The position numbers and the translations under genes were made by a program. From Enoplolaimus lenunculus (lineage: Eukaryota): 64,000 nt of DNA. Shown piece after piece: positions 12,523 to 27,549 of this stretch. The stretch spans positions 310,001-374,000 of the forward strand of contig JASANG010000641.1 in assembly GCA_030248215.1 (NCBI GenBank), read 5' to 3'. Under the pieces are notes generated by a model. It made no database searches, had not been told where the DNA came from, and was given only the letters and a program-made list of their open reading frames with translations. Positions within the stretch are counted from its first letter, which is position 1; each line of letters begins with the position of its first letter.

Positions 12523-12622
12523 AAGGGTTGCGCTCACGTACGATAGCGTATGGTAACGGACGGTGACGCACGGCAACGGCCGGTGACGGACGGTGTCGCA
12601 AGACAAGTATACTGCAACGCTT
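12523..12622. mobile_element. Short GC-rich palindromic MITE (GGGTTGCG termini, internal gacgg repeats)
   Basis: Relatives at 26994-27125 and 29629-29750 share gggttgcgct ... aagtatagcgcaaccc and cggtgacggacgg. Confidence 0.7.
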
Positions 12623-13835
12623 ACTGTGAAAATTTTAACTTACAAAAAAATCGACGCTGTTTTACAGGGAATACGTCAGATAGGAAATCTTAAATTGATC
12701 CTCTGTATATTTTTCAGCATTTTTTGGCAATAAAAAATTCTACACTTAAATCAAAACAAATACCTTACAGAATACAATGACGAGATTGTCGTTTAAAGAT
12801 GTTTGTAAGAACAAAATAGACAAAGATATCAAAGCCATTAATAATAAAATTTCAACAGATTATGCTATGAAAATTGAAATACGGCAACTGATTGTTCACA
12901 ACCGTCAAATTAAAAAGTTATCATTTTATTCAGTATTTCGACCTATTTTATCCCTTGATATACATACAGAAATACGTAATATATGCATATATTCAGATAT
13001 ATATTATATTTATTATTACAACTATTTATGAAATTCGGATCAATTTGTTTCGTTTGTTGAAATTTTGTTTGTTTGTTTGTTTGTTTAAAATTACTCAAGG
13101 GATTCAAGAAAATTCTGAGAACACAACTCAAGTATATTTGTTTATTAACAAAGTACCCAGCGATAAGACATTCGGTGCCGGATCTGGGATGAGCGGGGGT
13201 CCACTCAAGGCATGGCTTCTACGTAACATGGTTTAAAAGTGAAATTTTGTTTTAAAATTTAGTACTAAAATTGCGTTTGGTTTCTCGCTCGTGAGCGTTT
13301 TTCCTACCAGATTATGGATCAGCCGTTGAAGGTACGCATCCTTGTGATAATACATTTGAAGGGAATCGAGAAATCTAGAAACCGCTAAACAATATGGGGT
13401 TATAAAATAGTAAAATTGAACAACATCGCATAATGCACTACAGGGACTTATGCCGGGAGTTCAAGTCCTGTAGCCTGATTCATAAACTTTCGGACCTGTA
13501 ACAAAAAATCACCGTATTTTTCTTGCCTTAAAAATATTAAATTTTTAAAAAAAATCAAAAATTCAAATTTTTATCGTTGCAGGAACGCCGCTGCAAGTGA
13601 ATATGATTTGAAATCAGTGAAAACTACGTAGAATCGTATTTCATGATATCACAATATCTGATCACTTCTTGCAACTCTCAACACAAAAATACACACACAC
13701 GTCACATCTCGTTGAACGTTCTAATTTCGACCCGTTGTCTGAAATGTTTATTTTTTGATTTTTTAAAGTGTTTTTGGTTTCTTTTAAAAGTGGATATTTA
13801 GTATTAAAGTGAAATTTACGCAGAATTGATTCTAG

Positions 13836-14050
13836 AGCCCGTATTCTCAAATGTGTGTATAGCATTTATTAACCGGTACACGATAAGTGTTGTAAGTTTC
13901 GAATCAGTGAGATTTGAAATTAAGCACATTTGTTGCATTGCATTCAATTTACTTTACTTCTGTGCAAATTTTGAGATCTGCAATTGAAGCAATTCGTTAG
14001 TTTGAAAACCTACTTGCGCTAGGTGCTATATACATTTGAGAATACGGGCT
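13836..14050. mobile_element. Palindromic MITE with 3-bp TSD (PIF/Harbinger-like inferred)
   Basis: tag|agcccgtattctcaaatgt ... acatttgagaatacgggct|tag. Relatives at about 16764-16989, 30239-30461 and 36385-36530 (partial). Confidence 0.8.
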
Positions 14051-14164
14051 TAGGTTAAAATAGCGCAACTACTTTATCAGTGATCAACACTTGTCTACAT
14101 TCCCTCCACAAAAATTGTACGCGACTGAAAAAATAAAATAGGCTAAGGTTTTATAGCGTTGTTA

Positions 14165-14388
14165 CACTGTAGGTAAATTCCATTGAGTTGATTTTAACTC
14201 AGAAAGAGTTCAACCACTCAGTCTGAACTAAGGCTATCAGAACTCTGAATCATGAGTTGATTCAACTCATTCTGAGTTAAACTGTTCAACTCACAAACTC
14301 AGCGTGAGTTAACACTTACAGTTATTAAACTCAGAAATAACTAACTCGTTATATTGGTTGATTATTGAACTCATTGGAATATACAGTG
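14165..14388. mobile_element. CACTG-terminal MITE copy
   Basis: ta|cactgta ... tacagtg|ta with AACTCA/TGAGTT motifs. Confidence 0.82.
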
Positions 14389-16275
14389 TAAGCCTTTTAG
14401 GGTCAGGTTTTAGGCACGGGCAGACGATTAATAAACTGTAAGGTCGGGGAAGAGAACTTTCGCCTTCTATCAAATTAACACCAGTGTGCGGGGAGATAAG
14501 TAAAAGAACAACCCTTACCCAGATTGAAAGGCGTGCTGGCATAGGATGAACGTCCGTCTCAGCACCAACTTGTAGGGGTGTAATTTAAGATGTTCCCAAC
14601 TGATTTGGCTTTTATTTATTTTCTCCATATGACCCAGGCTGAGGCTAAACGTGCACTCATTTACTGTATAAATATACTGTCCAGAATATCACACATGGAG
14701 AGCCTGATATTCGTTTCGCCTTTCCAGAGGGCAACCCTATCGCTATTCGGATTTGAACTGTTTCCCCTTGCTGTGCAGATCCAAACTGTTGTTTATTTTC
14801 CAATCCATATTCAATTATTTGGGCCACAAACCTTTAATGCCAGCCATTTTCTTTCGTTTAAGTTCGTTACTTTAAAAACTTACTTTAGAGTGTGCTGCTA
14901 CGAATAGGTAACATTAGTTGGATGGAGTAGAGAACAAATTCTGTACTCTAATTGATTAGGTCCAGGAAGCGCTTACGTAATCAAATTAGAGTACCTACTT
15001 GTTGTTTATGGACTAATTAGTAATTTTGGACCCTATCTGTTTACAAAATCTAATTAAGGAAATACACTCAAATCGACCCAGACCCAAAATATGGCTCCTA
15101 AACTCGATATTACTTGTCAAGTTTTATTCGGGTCACTGTAGTATAGAGGTAATCATTTCTCAAAACACAAATCTGATTCTGAATATAAGCCAGTAAATGA
15201 AAGTTCAAGAGCCAAAAAGTTTCGACTTATGGTGAAATTAAAAAGTGCGGCCAAAATGTTTTCTGGTGGTGCCCATATTAACGCCCTTATTGCTAACGTG
15301 AATATCAGAATTACAGGTCCCGAGACCAATGCGCCTTAGCTTTTTAAGTATCATAATTGCAGTGCGCCCTATATCCTACCTTCACGGGTGTAGCTGTGAT
15401 TTCATTTAGGAATCTCACAAACAAACATTTTTGGAAGTCTACGCTCGAGAAACTGCTTCTAAATCCTGTTAAAGGTGATTGTGTTTATTGCTTATTAGCT
15501 TGATATTTTGGGAGAAAATATATCTTCTCTGTTCGTTTTGTTGTAATACCGCCCTGCCTATATGTCAATCATTTGCATAAAAACAAAAAATAGCTATTAA
15601 AACTTCAAATTTATTCTGGTTTTGCCGAAATTTCAGGCCATTATGGCTAATGCAAACTTCAGCCAGTGCTGGATAAAATTTTCGCCAAAACGCAGACGAA
15701 AAAACAACATTGTAATATTTTAAAATTTGAACTGTTTACTTTTAAATAAATGTTAAAATTTTAATTCGATTAAAAAGTATAATCAACGAACGTTATTTGA
15801 CAGCGCTGTGTGTCTGATTGCAAATAATGCATGGTGTTTGGTTAATGGTTGAAGAGACTCAGTGTCCAGCAAATTTAGTTTATTGCAAATTTCTCGATCT
15901 GATACTGTTAAATTCACGCATTTCTTTAGCGTTATAGACCAGTGGTTATTAATAGATCCGAGATGAAATTGAAAATATTCATATATTCATTTGAGAATAA
16001 GGTTCGTTATAGGATTGCCGGTTAGTAAAATGAAAAAATAAACTAACTTATTTAGATACGTTCAATAGGAAAAGTATTCTTTAACTGAAGTACATTTTTA
16101 GAAACGAAAAATAAACTAAATATTTCATTTACAATAAATTGGTCGCTGAAGTACAATATGCGATTATTCTTATATTGCATCTAGAATTTTTCGAGTTATC
16201 TTGATTCAAAAACTTTAAATTTAAATTTTATTTCAAAATAATGTAATACTCAGTATAAAACTGTCAGGTACGTCA

Positions 16276-19200
16276 ATGTTAAGTCAACAATTGACTCGAT
16301 TTTTCTTTCATTTCGGCGGATATGTTTACGATTTTTGGTGGCTTTTTTTGACGGTTCCTATTATAATTAGCGGTCTGTTGTCATCGGGATTCTTCTTCCT
16401 ACAGCAACGCTATCCTGATCGTATGGAACAGATTTTTGTGCCGCATAACGGCCGAGCGAAGTATGAGCGTCAGGTATGAACGGTCGGTTTTTTTGTGAAC
16501 CACAGTAGTGTGCTTGTTTGGGTTTTTTAAATTTTAATTAAATTTGAGTACCAGCTTTTGGTGCAGTGAACGAGGTTTTTTCGTACGCCGTCTCACTCCC
16601 AAATTATCCGGTCAGTGATGAGCTATGTATTTTTTCCATAATATATTTGAGTGAGGCGAATTTTCAACTATAGCTTGTTCTTTGTGGTTTTTTAAGATTT
16701 TAATACATTCCACAGCTATGACGACGTAACAGGTATACGCTCCGGAACCCATATTATATGCTGGACCCATATTCACAAATGCGCATAGTACCTATCATCA
16801 GTTAGCGATAAGTTTTCAAACTGATGAACAACTGCAATTGCAAATCATAGAATTGGTGCAAAAGTAGGGCAAATTAAACGCAAACAATGTGTTGAATTTC
16901 GAACCTCACCGCGGGAATGTTCCAAAGTTGCACAGGACCTATCACTATTAACTGGTGATAGGTGCTATACACAATTGAGGATACGGACTCTGGTGTTAGC
17001 TATGTCTTTTTAATTACATTTTTCAGTGATGGGAATTTTTTTGTCTTTACTTGAACGTACAACAACTCTTAGCCGCCTAAAGCACGAAGTAACCATTACC
17101 TTGCAAGTACGTACTACTCCAAGTTTATCTTTCCAGGTAATCGCCGAACACTGGCCGTTAGAACCAAACAATTTTCGGCCAGGCAAAAATTTTGAACCGC
17201 AGTACTGGTGCGAGGTGAAAGCGATAACAATTGCCGAAAACGGAAGCTTTTTGGAACCGAAATACGCCGATGAACTCGAAAAACTCGACGATCATATCCG
17301 TAACGGTATTAAGTAAGCTGATATTGCGTAACATGTAACCACGAGTAGAACGTTTTATTGTGTTATTGACAGAGCAAACAGGGGAGGTGGAAGGCCGAAA
17401 AGCTCGTTATATATGTGTATATGTATATATATACATTTAGCTTACATTGACGTAGTCGGCAAGGGCGCATGCAGCCATGGAGCGAAAGTTAATACGTGAA
17501 AACTTTCTTTGGATTTTCTGAAACGGAATTTTAGATACTTTTTACTTTATAACACAAGAACGTCGACGTTCAAATGTTTTTAGAATATAACCTGTTCGTT
17601 TCCAAAGTTGTCATAGTGATTTTCAGAAGTAATCGGTTTGAAATTTTCAAACAGCAGCTTGCATACCAGCGTTGCCTGTATTTCAAGATAAATAGTTGTG
17701 GTTTGATAAATTGAACATTTGAAATCGAACTCTATTCGTTTTTAATATTTCATATCTACGAGTACGTTCCTCGTAAACATGCATATAAAACTTTGATGTA
17801 CAATAATGCCGACAGTGCAATAAATAATTATGTTTCAGCCTTCTGTCGTGTTATTATTAACTGTTAGTGACAAAATATGTCAATATGTTGACTGTCTGAA
17901 AAGTGTGAATTAAATTTTTTAACAATTTTTGACACGCAGTTTGAAATAACCCCACTGCTTGTATTAATGAAAATTTATTTATGGTCGAAAAACCAACATT
18001 CAAGACAGGGTTGTTTTCGAACTTGTAGCCCTTTGAACACAATTTGGTTCGATTAAAAAAAAAGACTTTGCCTATTTGAACTTGTCAAGGTGTCCACTGA
18101 TCTTTTGGAGCTCAAAATCCGCTATTTCAACGTTTAAATGTGGCTGTGGAATATTAAAATCAAGTGAGGTAGTGTGGAACTCAAATACATATTCGAAAAT
18201 TTACAAAATCCGACCATTTTTGGGCAAACGCCGATGATGTTATTGCCGAAAAGACCATTGTCAACTGAATATATACACTGGCTACAACCAGCTATTGATA
18301 GATTCAGTGTAAATTTTCAAGCTTGAGAATTAAACGTTTCTATGTGTCCAATATACATTCAATATTAAAGATCGACTACATCTGTGCCAAATTTGGTTCG
18401 CAAATTTGGCGGCTATTCGGATTGAAACCTAGACATAGAGTACAGCAGTCCGCTGGGGTTGTTGGACAAAAATCATTTGTTGTTTCACAATTCTTTGCTC
18501 TAGCTATGTAATTAGTGTAGTGAACCTAAAATTTAAACGAAACAAAATCACGTTTGGTTCAGTACAGCTTAACACAAGCTAAAACTTATTTATTTTTTAC
18601 TAAACCAAAATTAATTTTACTTTAAAATAGACGCTCAACTGACTTTCTGAACCGCTATTATCTTATAGTAAAATATCCATAGCTTCAAAGCACAGTGCTT
18701 TAGATAGGCGAACTTGTATTTTTTGCTTGTTACGGGCTCAAGCCTCTCGCACCTCTAATTTTTTTGATAAAATCGTTAGGTCCCTACCATACAATATTTC
18801 CCCCCGCAGAAAATTGGCACCTCTATAGCATACAGTAAAAAATGCGTTCAATAAGTTTTGCAACCTTCCCGTCAGAAATGTTGGAGTCCGCCGCTGGTTC
18901 TATATAGTACTGTTTAAATTAAAATTAACTTCAGAGTTACATTCGAAGAAACTCAATACAACTTGCGATACAATGATTTATGCTTGATAACTGTTGACGG
19001 CGACTGTCACGCAAACAGTCATGTAGCATTTTTGAAAAGTTTAGACGTTTGGGGTAAATATTTTGATTTGACTTATCCGCGAGCGAATTTGGCCAAAAGT
19101 CCACGATACGTCGCTAATTTGCTCGGTGGCGTTAAACTCAACGATAGCGCAGGACATCTGGCTTCAGTTCGTGGGGTCCGACTGTTGTACTATCTTCAAG

Positions 19201-22200
19201 AAGAACCTCATGTTGTGGCTCAGCTGTCCAGAAAATGGCTTCATCGATTGGCTGATTTTGTTGCTAATTACCGGTCGGAGCTTATTGATGTACGTGTTTT
19301 TTCATTAAGACCAAAAACTGTACGCTCGTGGGCGCCCGCACTGTAAATTCCAATGAGTTACTTAATCAACTCAGACGGAAAATTAGTTATTTCGGAGTCA
19401 ATAATAGTGAACTTTAACTCATTCTGAGTTGACTGGATTCTCACTGTGAGTTTAGTCGACTCCGAGAGAGTTGATTAATGAAATCAAAATCAGTTGAATC
19501 ACAACTCAAAATCGTGAGTTCTGATAGTCCTAACTCAGACTGAGTGATTCAACTCATTCTGAATTAAAATCAACTCGCTGGACTTTACAGCGCACAAATG
19601 GGTTGTAGTCTTAGGCTTACCCTTAGGCTTAATCTTGTGCGTATCCAAAGCGTTTCTGAAACCTAACAGTAAACCTAACCCTTAGCATAAGCCGTTTCCT
19701 ACGCCTAAGCCTGAGCCTAAGCCTATTAAGCCTTGACTTTAAATGTGGAAGGCAAGTGTAGATGTATGGATTAATGTCTTAAGAGATTGGACATTTTTCG
19801 ATGCATCTACAGTAATCTATTAACGTTTTCTGGACTGTATCTGACTTGCACTGTTGTATCCCATACCTTGGCGGCGCCCGTGTGTAAACTCGCCCCCTTA
19901 ATTTGTCTCAAAACACCTGATAAATCAATTTCTGCTTATGGAAGTGTGTAACGCTGTCGCCCTGCTGCTTTTGAATCTTTTGCTCACAATTTTAAAAATT
20001 TAAAGCACAATTCAAACGTACAAAATTGTATAATTTGAACACAAGTCCAAATCAACCCTACATAGCTCTGCTTCGAGTGAGTTTAGGCCTGAAAATACTA
20101 GCAGATCCCAAGCGGGCCAAACCAGGCCTTTCCAACATAACCAAAAACTAAAACTATATTTAAGATTCCGTACTAAAATTGCTTTCAGGTTCTCGCTCAC
20201 AATTTGTTCATTATTATATATCGCGCTTCCCATTCCCTGTCAAAAATATCTCGACCTGCCAATCAATTAACTAATATCATAACATTAGCCAAATCCTGTT
20301 TTAGGTTCGAAAAAACCACCAATTCAATTTATAAGATTCGTTTAGAACAGCGAAATGGCGTTTCTTAAGGTTTCCATTGAGACCAAATTTCGACAAACTC
20401 GAGTGCAACGGTAGCTAGGTAAAGGTACTATATCTTTCACCATCAAGAGCAACAAGGCAGTGACACCGTAACCCTAACTTGAAATTCATAATACTGGTCC
20501 CAAATTCAAAAATAGGTCCTAAGGTGAACCCGAGAGTGTCCTTCCTAGCCAAGGCCCCGTCTACAAGAAAGTAAGCTAAAATTTTGTATTAGGATTGCGA
20601 ACAAAAATTGTTGCGTTCGGCTTCTCGAAAATGTTAATGTATTTTTTGGAATACGAAATTTCAGATCGCAGTGTTTCACGTGTATTCGCTTCATGAAGGA
20701 ATGGTTGAAAATAGCCTTCAGTTGATTCCGAAATTTGCCATCTCGTTCACTATTTTGGGCGTATTCTCGTTGGTTTGCAGTTACAAGCTTGTCCGCGTGC
20801 GTACATCCAGCAACCAAGTTAGCTCAGAACTATCCGGCACAAATGGTAACCGCACCCGATGCTTGATACCGTATGTGATTGACTGGCGACTTAGCAAACC
20901 AGTATTCGCGATAGGTATGTATTAGCTAAGTAATTTTGAATTGATTCTAGATAAATCTTTAGACGGATTTTGACTCAAGTCGATATTTTCCTTATATTTT
21001 GAGGATCTTGCATTTAATGTAAAACTTTATTTCCTTTTAACATCAGCATTATCAAAATTGTCTTTTGCCGAACGTCGTCTTATGGTTGCGTATAGTAAGC
21101 GCAGCGAAAACTGGCTCAAACTTAGATTAAGTATATGACTTAATTTAAGATTATATATAATATATAAAAATATATATATTATATGTATACGTACATATAT
21201 ATCAATTTATATATGTATTTGTGTATATATGTATTTTTGCAACCCTTTCGGTTTCGCAACTTTTGAGTGGCAACGCTCAAGTCATTTATGGCGATTTAAG
21301 TTTGACTCACACTTTCAGGCGGTCTGCTGTGTGGCGGGCTAGGAATCACAAGCGCAATGGGAAGCTTACTGTTATCCGGCGTCGTTCAATACAATACAAT
21401 AGTCAGTGTGATGCCATTTTTAGTCGTTTGTAAGTCAACTTCAAGCTGTCTAACGTGTATCGCTATCATTTATCCCGTGTATGTATAATGGATACCAGAT
21501 ATTGTCAGTCTGTCTTAAGCTCACGCTAAAATTGACACTTTTAGGCTTAGGATTGATCTTTGGTTTTGATGGTGTTTGGTGCCGTCCGTCTGGCACAGAA
21601 TATCAATTTGTAACCAAAAGGTTTTTGACTTGTGGAATGTCTGACGCCGGACTGCGCCGGATAGCGCCACACGACAACTATAGTACGACCCTTAAACTGA
21701 AACTTTATTTTTAGGCTGTTATGGTCTACACTATAGCTTTAGATTTGTGCTTGCGTTAGCAGCAGTTTGTTTGAGCGATTGCTTATTGCATTTTACACTT
21801 GAGACAGTAGGTATACGGTTTGAATTGATACCCGTTACTAAACTTTAAATTGGATCATGCACCCTTGGGCTCATGTAAAGATCAACGACTTAGCGTTTTT
21901 CTGCGGGACTGCAACAGAGTAAGCGTAAAGCTTTAGACTATTATTTTGTTTAGACTTTGGCTTGGGCGTAAGTATATATAAGCGCATTCTTACGCTTATT
22001 TTATTACGTAGCGTAAGCTTTAGACTATTATTTTGTTCAGACTTTGGCTTGGGGTAAGTATAAGCTCATTCTTACGCTTATTTTATTACTTAGGCTTAGG
22101 CTTAGGCTTACGAATCCACTTAGTTGTTTTGTACATTAGCCCACCCTTGTATTATAGACTTACTGTAGTGACCAGGATAAGAGGGGGGACTGATATTTAT

Positions 22201-25200
22201 TTGGCCTCTCCAGAGGGTACCCCCTTGTTATTGGGTTACGGACTGTTACGTGTTATTAACCCACGCTCCGCCACCCTTCGTTACTGATATATATCCGGTA
22301 CTGTAACTATTCGTTGAATTAATCATTTATTTGTCTTGCGTCAATAGCTTGAGCGATCGTGTAAGGTTATACTTAGGAATGTACATTCAAAATTTAAGTA
22401 CGCCTTAAAGATTCGAACTCAATTTTATTTGGTCCTGGAGTCATTTATGCGCTACAATGAAAACGACCAGAAAAAGAAAGGACAACCCGAACACCCCCCC
22501 CCTTAGGCTTAGACTTAAAAATAAGCTGATACTATTGTTCCGGCCTTGTTCTCTACATTGGCTAAACCTTGTATTATAGACTTAGGCGTGCTAGGCTAAG
22601 GCTTAGGCTTAGATATACGCTTATACCACTGTAACGGCCCTGTTTTCTACATTATCCCACCCTTGTATTATAAACTTAGGCGTTTTCTTACGATTAGACT
22701 TAACGTTTAGCTTAATATTATCAACACTAAATGAAACATAGATTTACGAAATTATTGCGTTCAGTTGTGCTGTTGTTGTTTCGTCATTTTTGTATCTTCG
22801 TTAATAATAGACTTTTGTTGTTTTCTAGCAATTGGCATTGACGATATGTTCATTATGCTTGCATCATGGCACAAAACGTCGCACGTTTCGTGTTTACGCT
22901 CACGTATTCAACTGGTCATGTCAGACAGCGCTGTGAGCATTACAATTACTTCCGTCACTGACGCGTTATCGTTTGGAATTGGTGCAATAACTACAGTGCC
23001 TGCAGTTCAGGTTCGTTTTGAACTAAACCGTTTTTCGGCAAACAGTTTAAACTTTGGCAGACGTAGAAAATCAATTTTTTTAAATTTCAAATTAAACTGA
23101 TTCAAATATTTATTTTTTCAAAGGTACTGACAAATCGTTATCAATAATTCTATTAGACAGAGTATCTTTGCCACAGAAATATCACGACGTTGTCGGCCAA
23201 AACTGGCCTCGAATCTGCTTTTCTTGGTTCGGCCGAAATTCAAAACTGGTAATTTTAAGCAGTTTCGGTGGGGACAATAGGTGATTTGTAGCAAATTGTT
23301 TATTCTGAATAATTCTTGTCAAACACAAATATATGATAAAATTAACACGTTTCACTTTGATATCTTTTGATTGGTTAATCATTGATTTTAGCTTTGAAGA
23401 TGCTAACATTTTGTTTAATTCAAACGACTGACACACTGCTGTGTTTCTGTTTTGCACCGTACCCCAAGTTTAGGTCGCTTCAAAATTTTTGATGCCTGGC
23501 GATAAGACTTACTCATAGTTATATCAAGAGTGGATGTTCGCTCAGTAACAAAAGTGTGCAACTGTCGGTAAACTCTGGCGTTGCGATTTTGGTCGAACCC
23601 CTCCTTTATTTAGAGGGGTCGCTGTCACACGTAACACCTCTAAGTTAAACTATGAGCAGAACAATTTTGATGCCGTATACATACGGGGGCTATGATTCTT
23701 CACAAGATGCACCCCCTAACTGAAAGGCGTTGTTGGTCAAAACCGAAGCGTATGCTGGGTACATTCTTTTCTACACAGAATGTATACCCAGTTGCACAGT
23801 TGTGTAAAACGAGTCATCATCAACTTTTGGTTATTTTTTTAAGTTATTCACTGCTTTTGATTCTTGTAAAAAAATAATTTAAGACACAAATTAATAATTG
23901 ATCAGTAATTGTTTATTATTCTTTTCTGCACAGAATGTATACCCAATTGCACACTTGTGTAGAAAACGAGTCATCATCAACTCTTGGTTATTTTTTAAAG
24001 TTATTCACTGCTTTTGATTGTTGTAAACAATAATTTAAGACACAAATTAATAATTGATCAGTAATTGTGTTTATTTCAGGGATTTTGCATATTCACCGCG
24101 GTTTCGATTATATTCACGTATGTGTATCAATTGACATTTTTCTCAAGTTTAATGGTCTTGAGTGGTATACGCGAACAGCGGTCGTTACATTGTCACGTGC
24201 CATGTTTTAAAACTGTTCCAGTTGATAAAGCTCAAAGTAAGCGTCAATGACACACGCAAACAAGCCTTAAATGTAATAATGCAATTTTCACAATATCATG
24301 CGTTCGCCATATACCTAATTTTTGGGCAATGTGTGATAGACACTGAAGCCGAAATATCTTTAATGCGTTGCTCAGCGAAACTGAGGCCATGAGTAATTTT
24401 TGTAAACGCGAATCTGAAGCTATTGTGTTCATAAGTGTGTTTTTCAGTACAACGGTTTGTTGAAAAATGTTGTAAAAGTTTTTTTATAAACTTACGAAAT
24501 GTAAAGATTTTCGCGTTTGAAGATTAGGCCAATGTATAGAACTGGTCCGCTACTGTAGGATAATAATATTTCAAAGCCTACGCCTACGCCTAAATGTAAC
24601 AATGAGCTTACAATTAAGCCTAAGTTACGCTTAAAAATAGTTCAAAGCTTAACCTTCCTGCGTCTTACAGAAAAACGTTCCGCCCCTGATCTTTGCATGT
24701 GCCGAACAAGACCTATCACTAACTGCAGATGGATGTTACACGCAGTAGTAAATAAAAGTTACGGTTTACATATATGTATACAAGTTATTAAAGTGCCCCT
24801 AACCGGGCCATAGAAAAAGATATGTTTTGAAAATATATTTGATGTGTAACGTGTAAAGTTTAGAAACAAGGGACTCGAACAAATTTTGAAAGTTAAATTC
24901 ATGTACTACCTTTTTTCACAAAAATCGGGCTTATTTTCCAGGACAGCATATTTCAGATTGCCAAAAAAGTTTTGGCGGTCACAAGCAAGCTGTGATGTGT
25001 CACACAGAAACATATTCACAGCTTTGGGCGGCCATAAATCAAACAGTATTATATTTGATGTTTTCCTTCGGTTAAAAAGAAATTTGACAATGTAATCGCT
25101 TTATTTCATGATAAAATTTTGAAGAACCCTTGAGAAGTCTGCGTACCTGAATTGTACTGGCAAAGTGCAATATTTTCTGAAACTTTATATATTCGTTTAT

Positions 25201-27465
25201 AATTTTGCGTAATTTAGCATTCGTTTACAGCATGAACCAGGAAGCAACCGTAGGTTAAAATACCGGAGTCAGAGTTGAACCAAAATTTGCCTAAGTCGGA
25301 GAGGCCGATTTTATGCCGGAGACGAAAGCTAACGTCGCATTATACTGTGCTATGAACAATGGGCCACTCAAAAACAAAGGTTAAGATTTCGATAAAACTA
25401 AAGTTGGTTATAAAGCTTCATACTGCCATCTATGTTTGTAAATTATCATTTTTGTATAAAATGCACACAAGGTTAGAAATTTGTGCCGTGAATAATGGCA
25501 CTTATTAGTGCCAGTAGTAGTAAATAGGTAAACATTCGTTTCATGGTGCTTGAATAAGATGAAAATCACATCTCCACATCGCATGTTCAAAGCGTCTATC
25601 CCCATGAGTCATTTTTTTGCGATAACGGGTAATTCAGAAAATTACGAAACTATCAAACGAAGCTGTGAATATGTTTCTGTGTGACACATCACAGCTTGCT
25701 TGTGACCGCCAAAACTTTTTTGGCAATCTGAAATATGCTGTCCTGGAAAATAAGCCCGATTTTTGTGAAAAAAGGTAGTACATGAATTTAACTTTCAAAA
25801 TTTGTTCGAGTCCCTTGTTTCTAAACTTTACACGTTACACATCAAATATATTTTCAAAACATATCTTTTTCTATGGCCCGGTTAGGGGCACTTTAATAAC
25901 TTGTTTCACAACTTTACAAAAGTAACTTTGTTCTGATAGGGGTATAGATACTGAAAAGATCGAACAATAAACAAAATTGAATTGATACTAACTTACCAAG
26001 ATTATTAAGTCACTCATAACCACTAACTTACCAAGATTATTAAGTCACTCATAACCGATGCACCAACCCCACCAATTATTATTTTAATACATCCGCATTC
26101 ATGATAGTTTGCTCTACCTAGCTATGTATATTCCTGTTTTTAAAACAATTTTCTTTACAGATTTTAAAAAAAGTCAACGCACAATATGACGAAAAACCAG
26201 ATAATGTAGCATCAACTGTTGCATAACAATACGCTAAGCCAACACACTAGGCAATGCTGAAAAAATAATTGTTGGCTCTATGTACCGGGGCTGCGTAGTT
26301 TTATAGTTTACTTCGACGCCGTTTATCTGAGTCAAAATACGAAGAAAATTTGCACAAAAATTAGAGCAAACTTTCGCCTAGTTTGCTACTACAGAATTTG
26401 AATGGAACCTGTCATTGTATGTAGTAAGCTTATAGTATGATGTTGCTACATGCCATAAATTATACATATCTAACCTAGCTGCATGAATATATGAACGATT
26501 TTTAGAATCAAAAATTTTGGGTAAAACATATTATAAGAGACACTACCGTGTCCTTATGATAAGAGACACTACCGTGTCCTTATGATATACTATTTCAATT
26601 TTATTACAGGCTGTGCGTTATTGCTTTCGGCCGGATCGCTAATAAGCGACCGCGCTTCGCCGCCGAAATCCGCTACCCTCCAAATTGACGGTAGTACCCT
26701 TCACGCCAACGGTTACACTGCTTCTCAATCGAATCCAATCGCAAAAACGCCCACAACACCGCTAATAACGCACCGAGAGTTGCCCAGTATATTTTTTCGG
26801 CAATACTACGCTCCACTTTTGCTTCATTGGTTTACTTCGCTAGTCGTATTCGTAGGATTAATTATTTATCTTGTATTTGGGATTATTGGATGTATGCGGT
26901 TACAAGAAGGACTTGAACCGAAAAATGTTATCGCTGGTAAACATCACGCTGTTAAATGGTAAGTACAAGTTAAATTCAGGGTGTGGATATAATTATGGTT
27001 GCGCTTGTACGGCGCCGTCTGTCACCGTTCGTACCATACGTTATCGTACGTGAGGCTATTTGCGTACGATAGACGCACGGTGACGGACGGCGCCGGACGT
27101 CAACAAAAGTATAGCGCAACTCTTAAGTAGTGTCTGAAATTGTCCAAATAGTCAGAAAAACAACTTCGTGAGCTTTGTTTCTTAAATTGTTAACTAAACA
27201 CATATTTATTGGTAGCATAAAGGCAAAAATGTTATCGTTGTTGAAACTCGATAAATTTGAGCCCATACTAATTCGAGTCAATTGATTTTAAAGGCTAGAA
27301 AATATGTCAAACTAGTAATCAGCGCTGTACACATTTGAATATACGGGCTGTTATTACAATTAATTAGTGAATAGTAAGCTTCTAAATTTGCTAAACATTT
27401 ACGTTATTTTTATACTGTGACTGTGGAGCGAAATTTCAAAATCCTTCCCGTTGAACGTCAGTTGA

Positions 27466-27549
<84 letters not shown>

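Noticed and set aside
21715..21810. Alternative candidate for PTR exon 5
   Set aside because: It is open and flanked by AG/GT, but 21319-21429 encodes the expected SSD TM2-TM3 sequence (MPFLVV) with correct phases.
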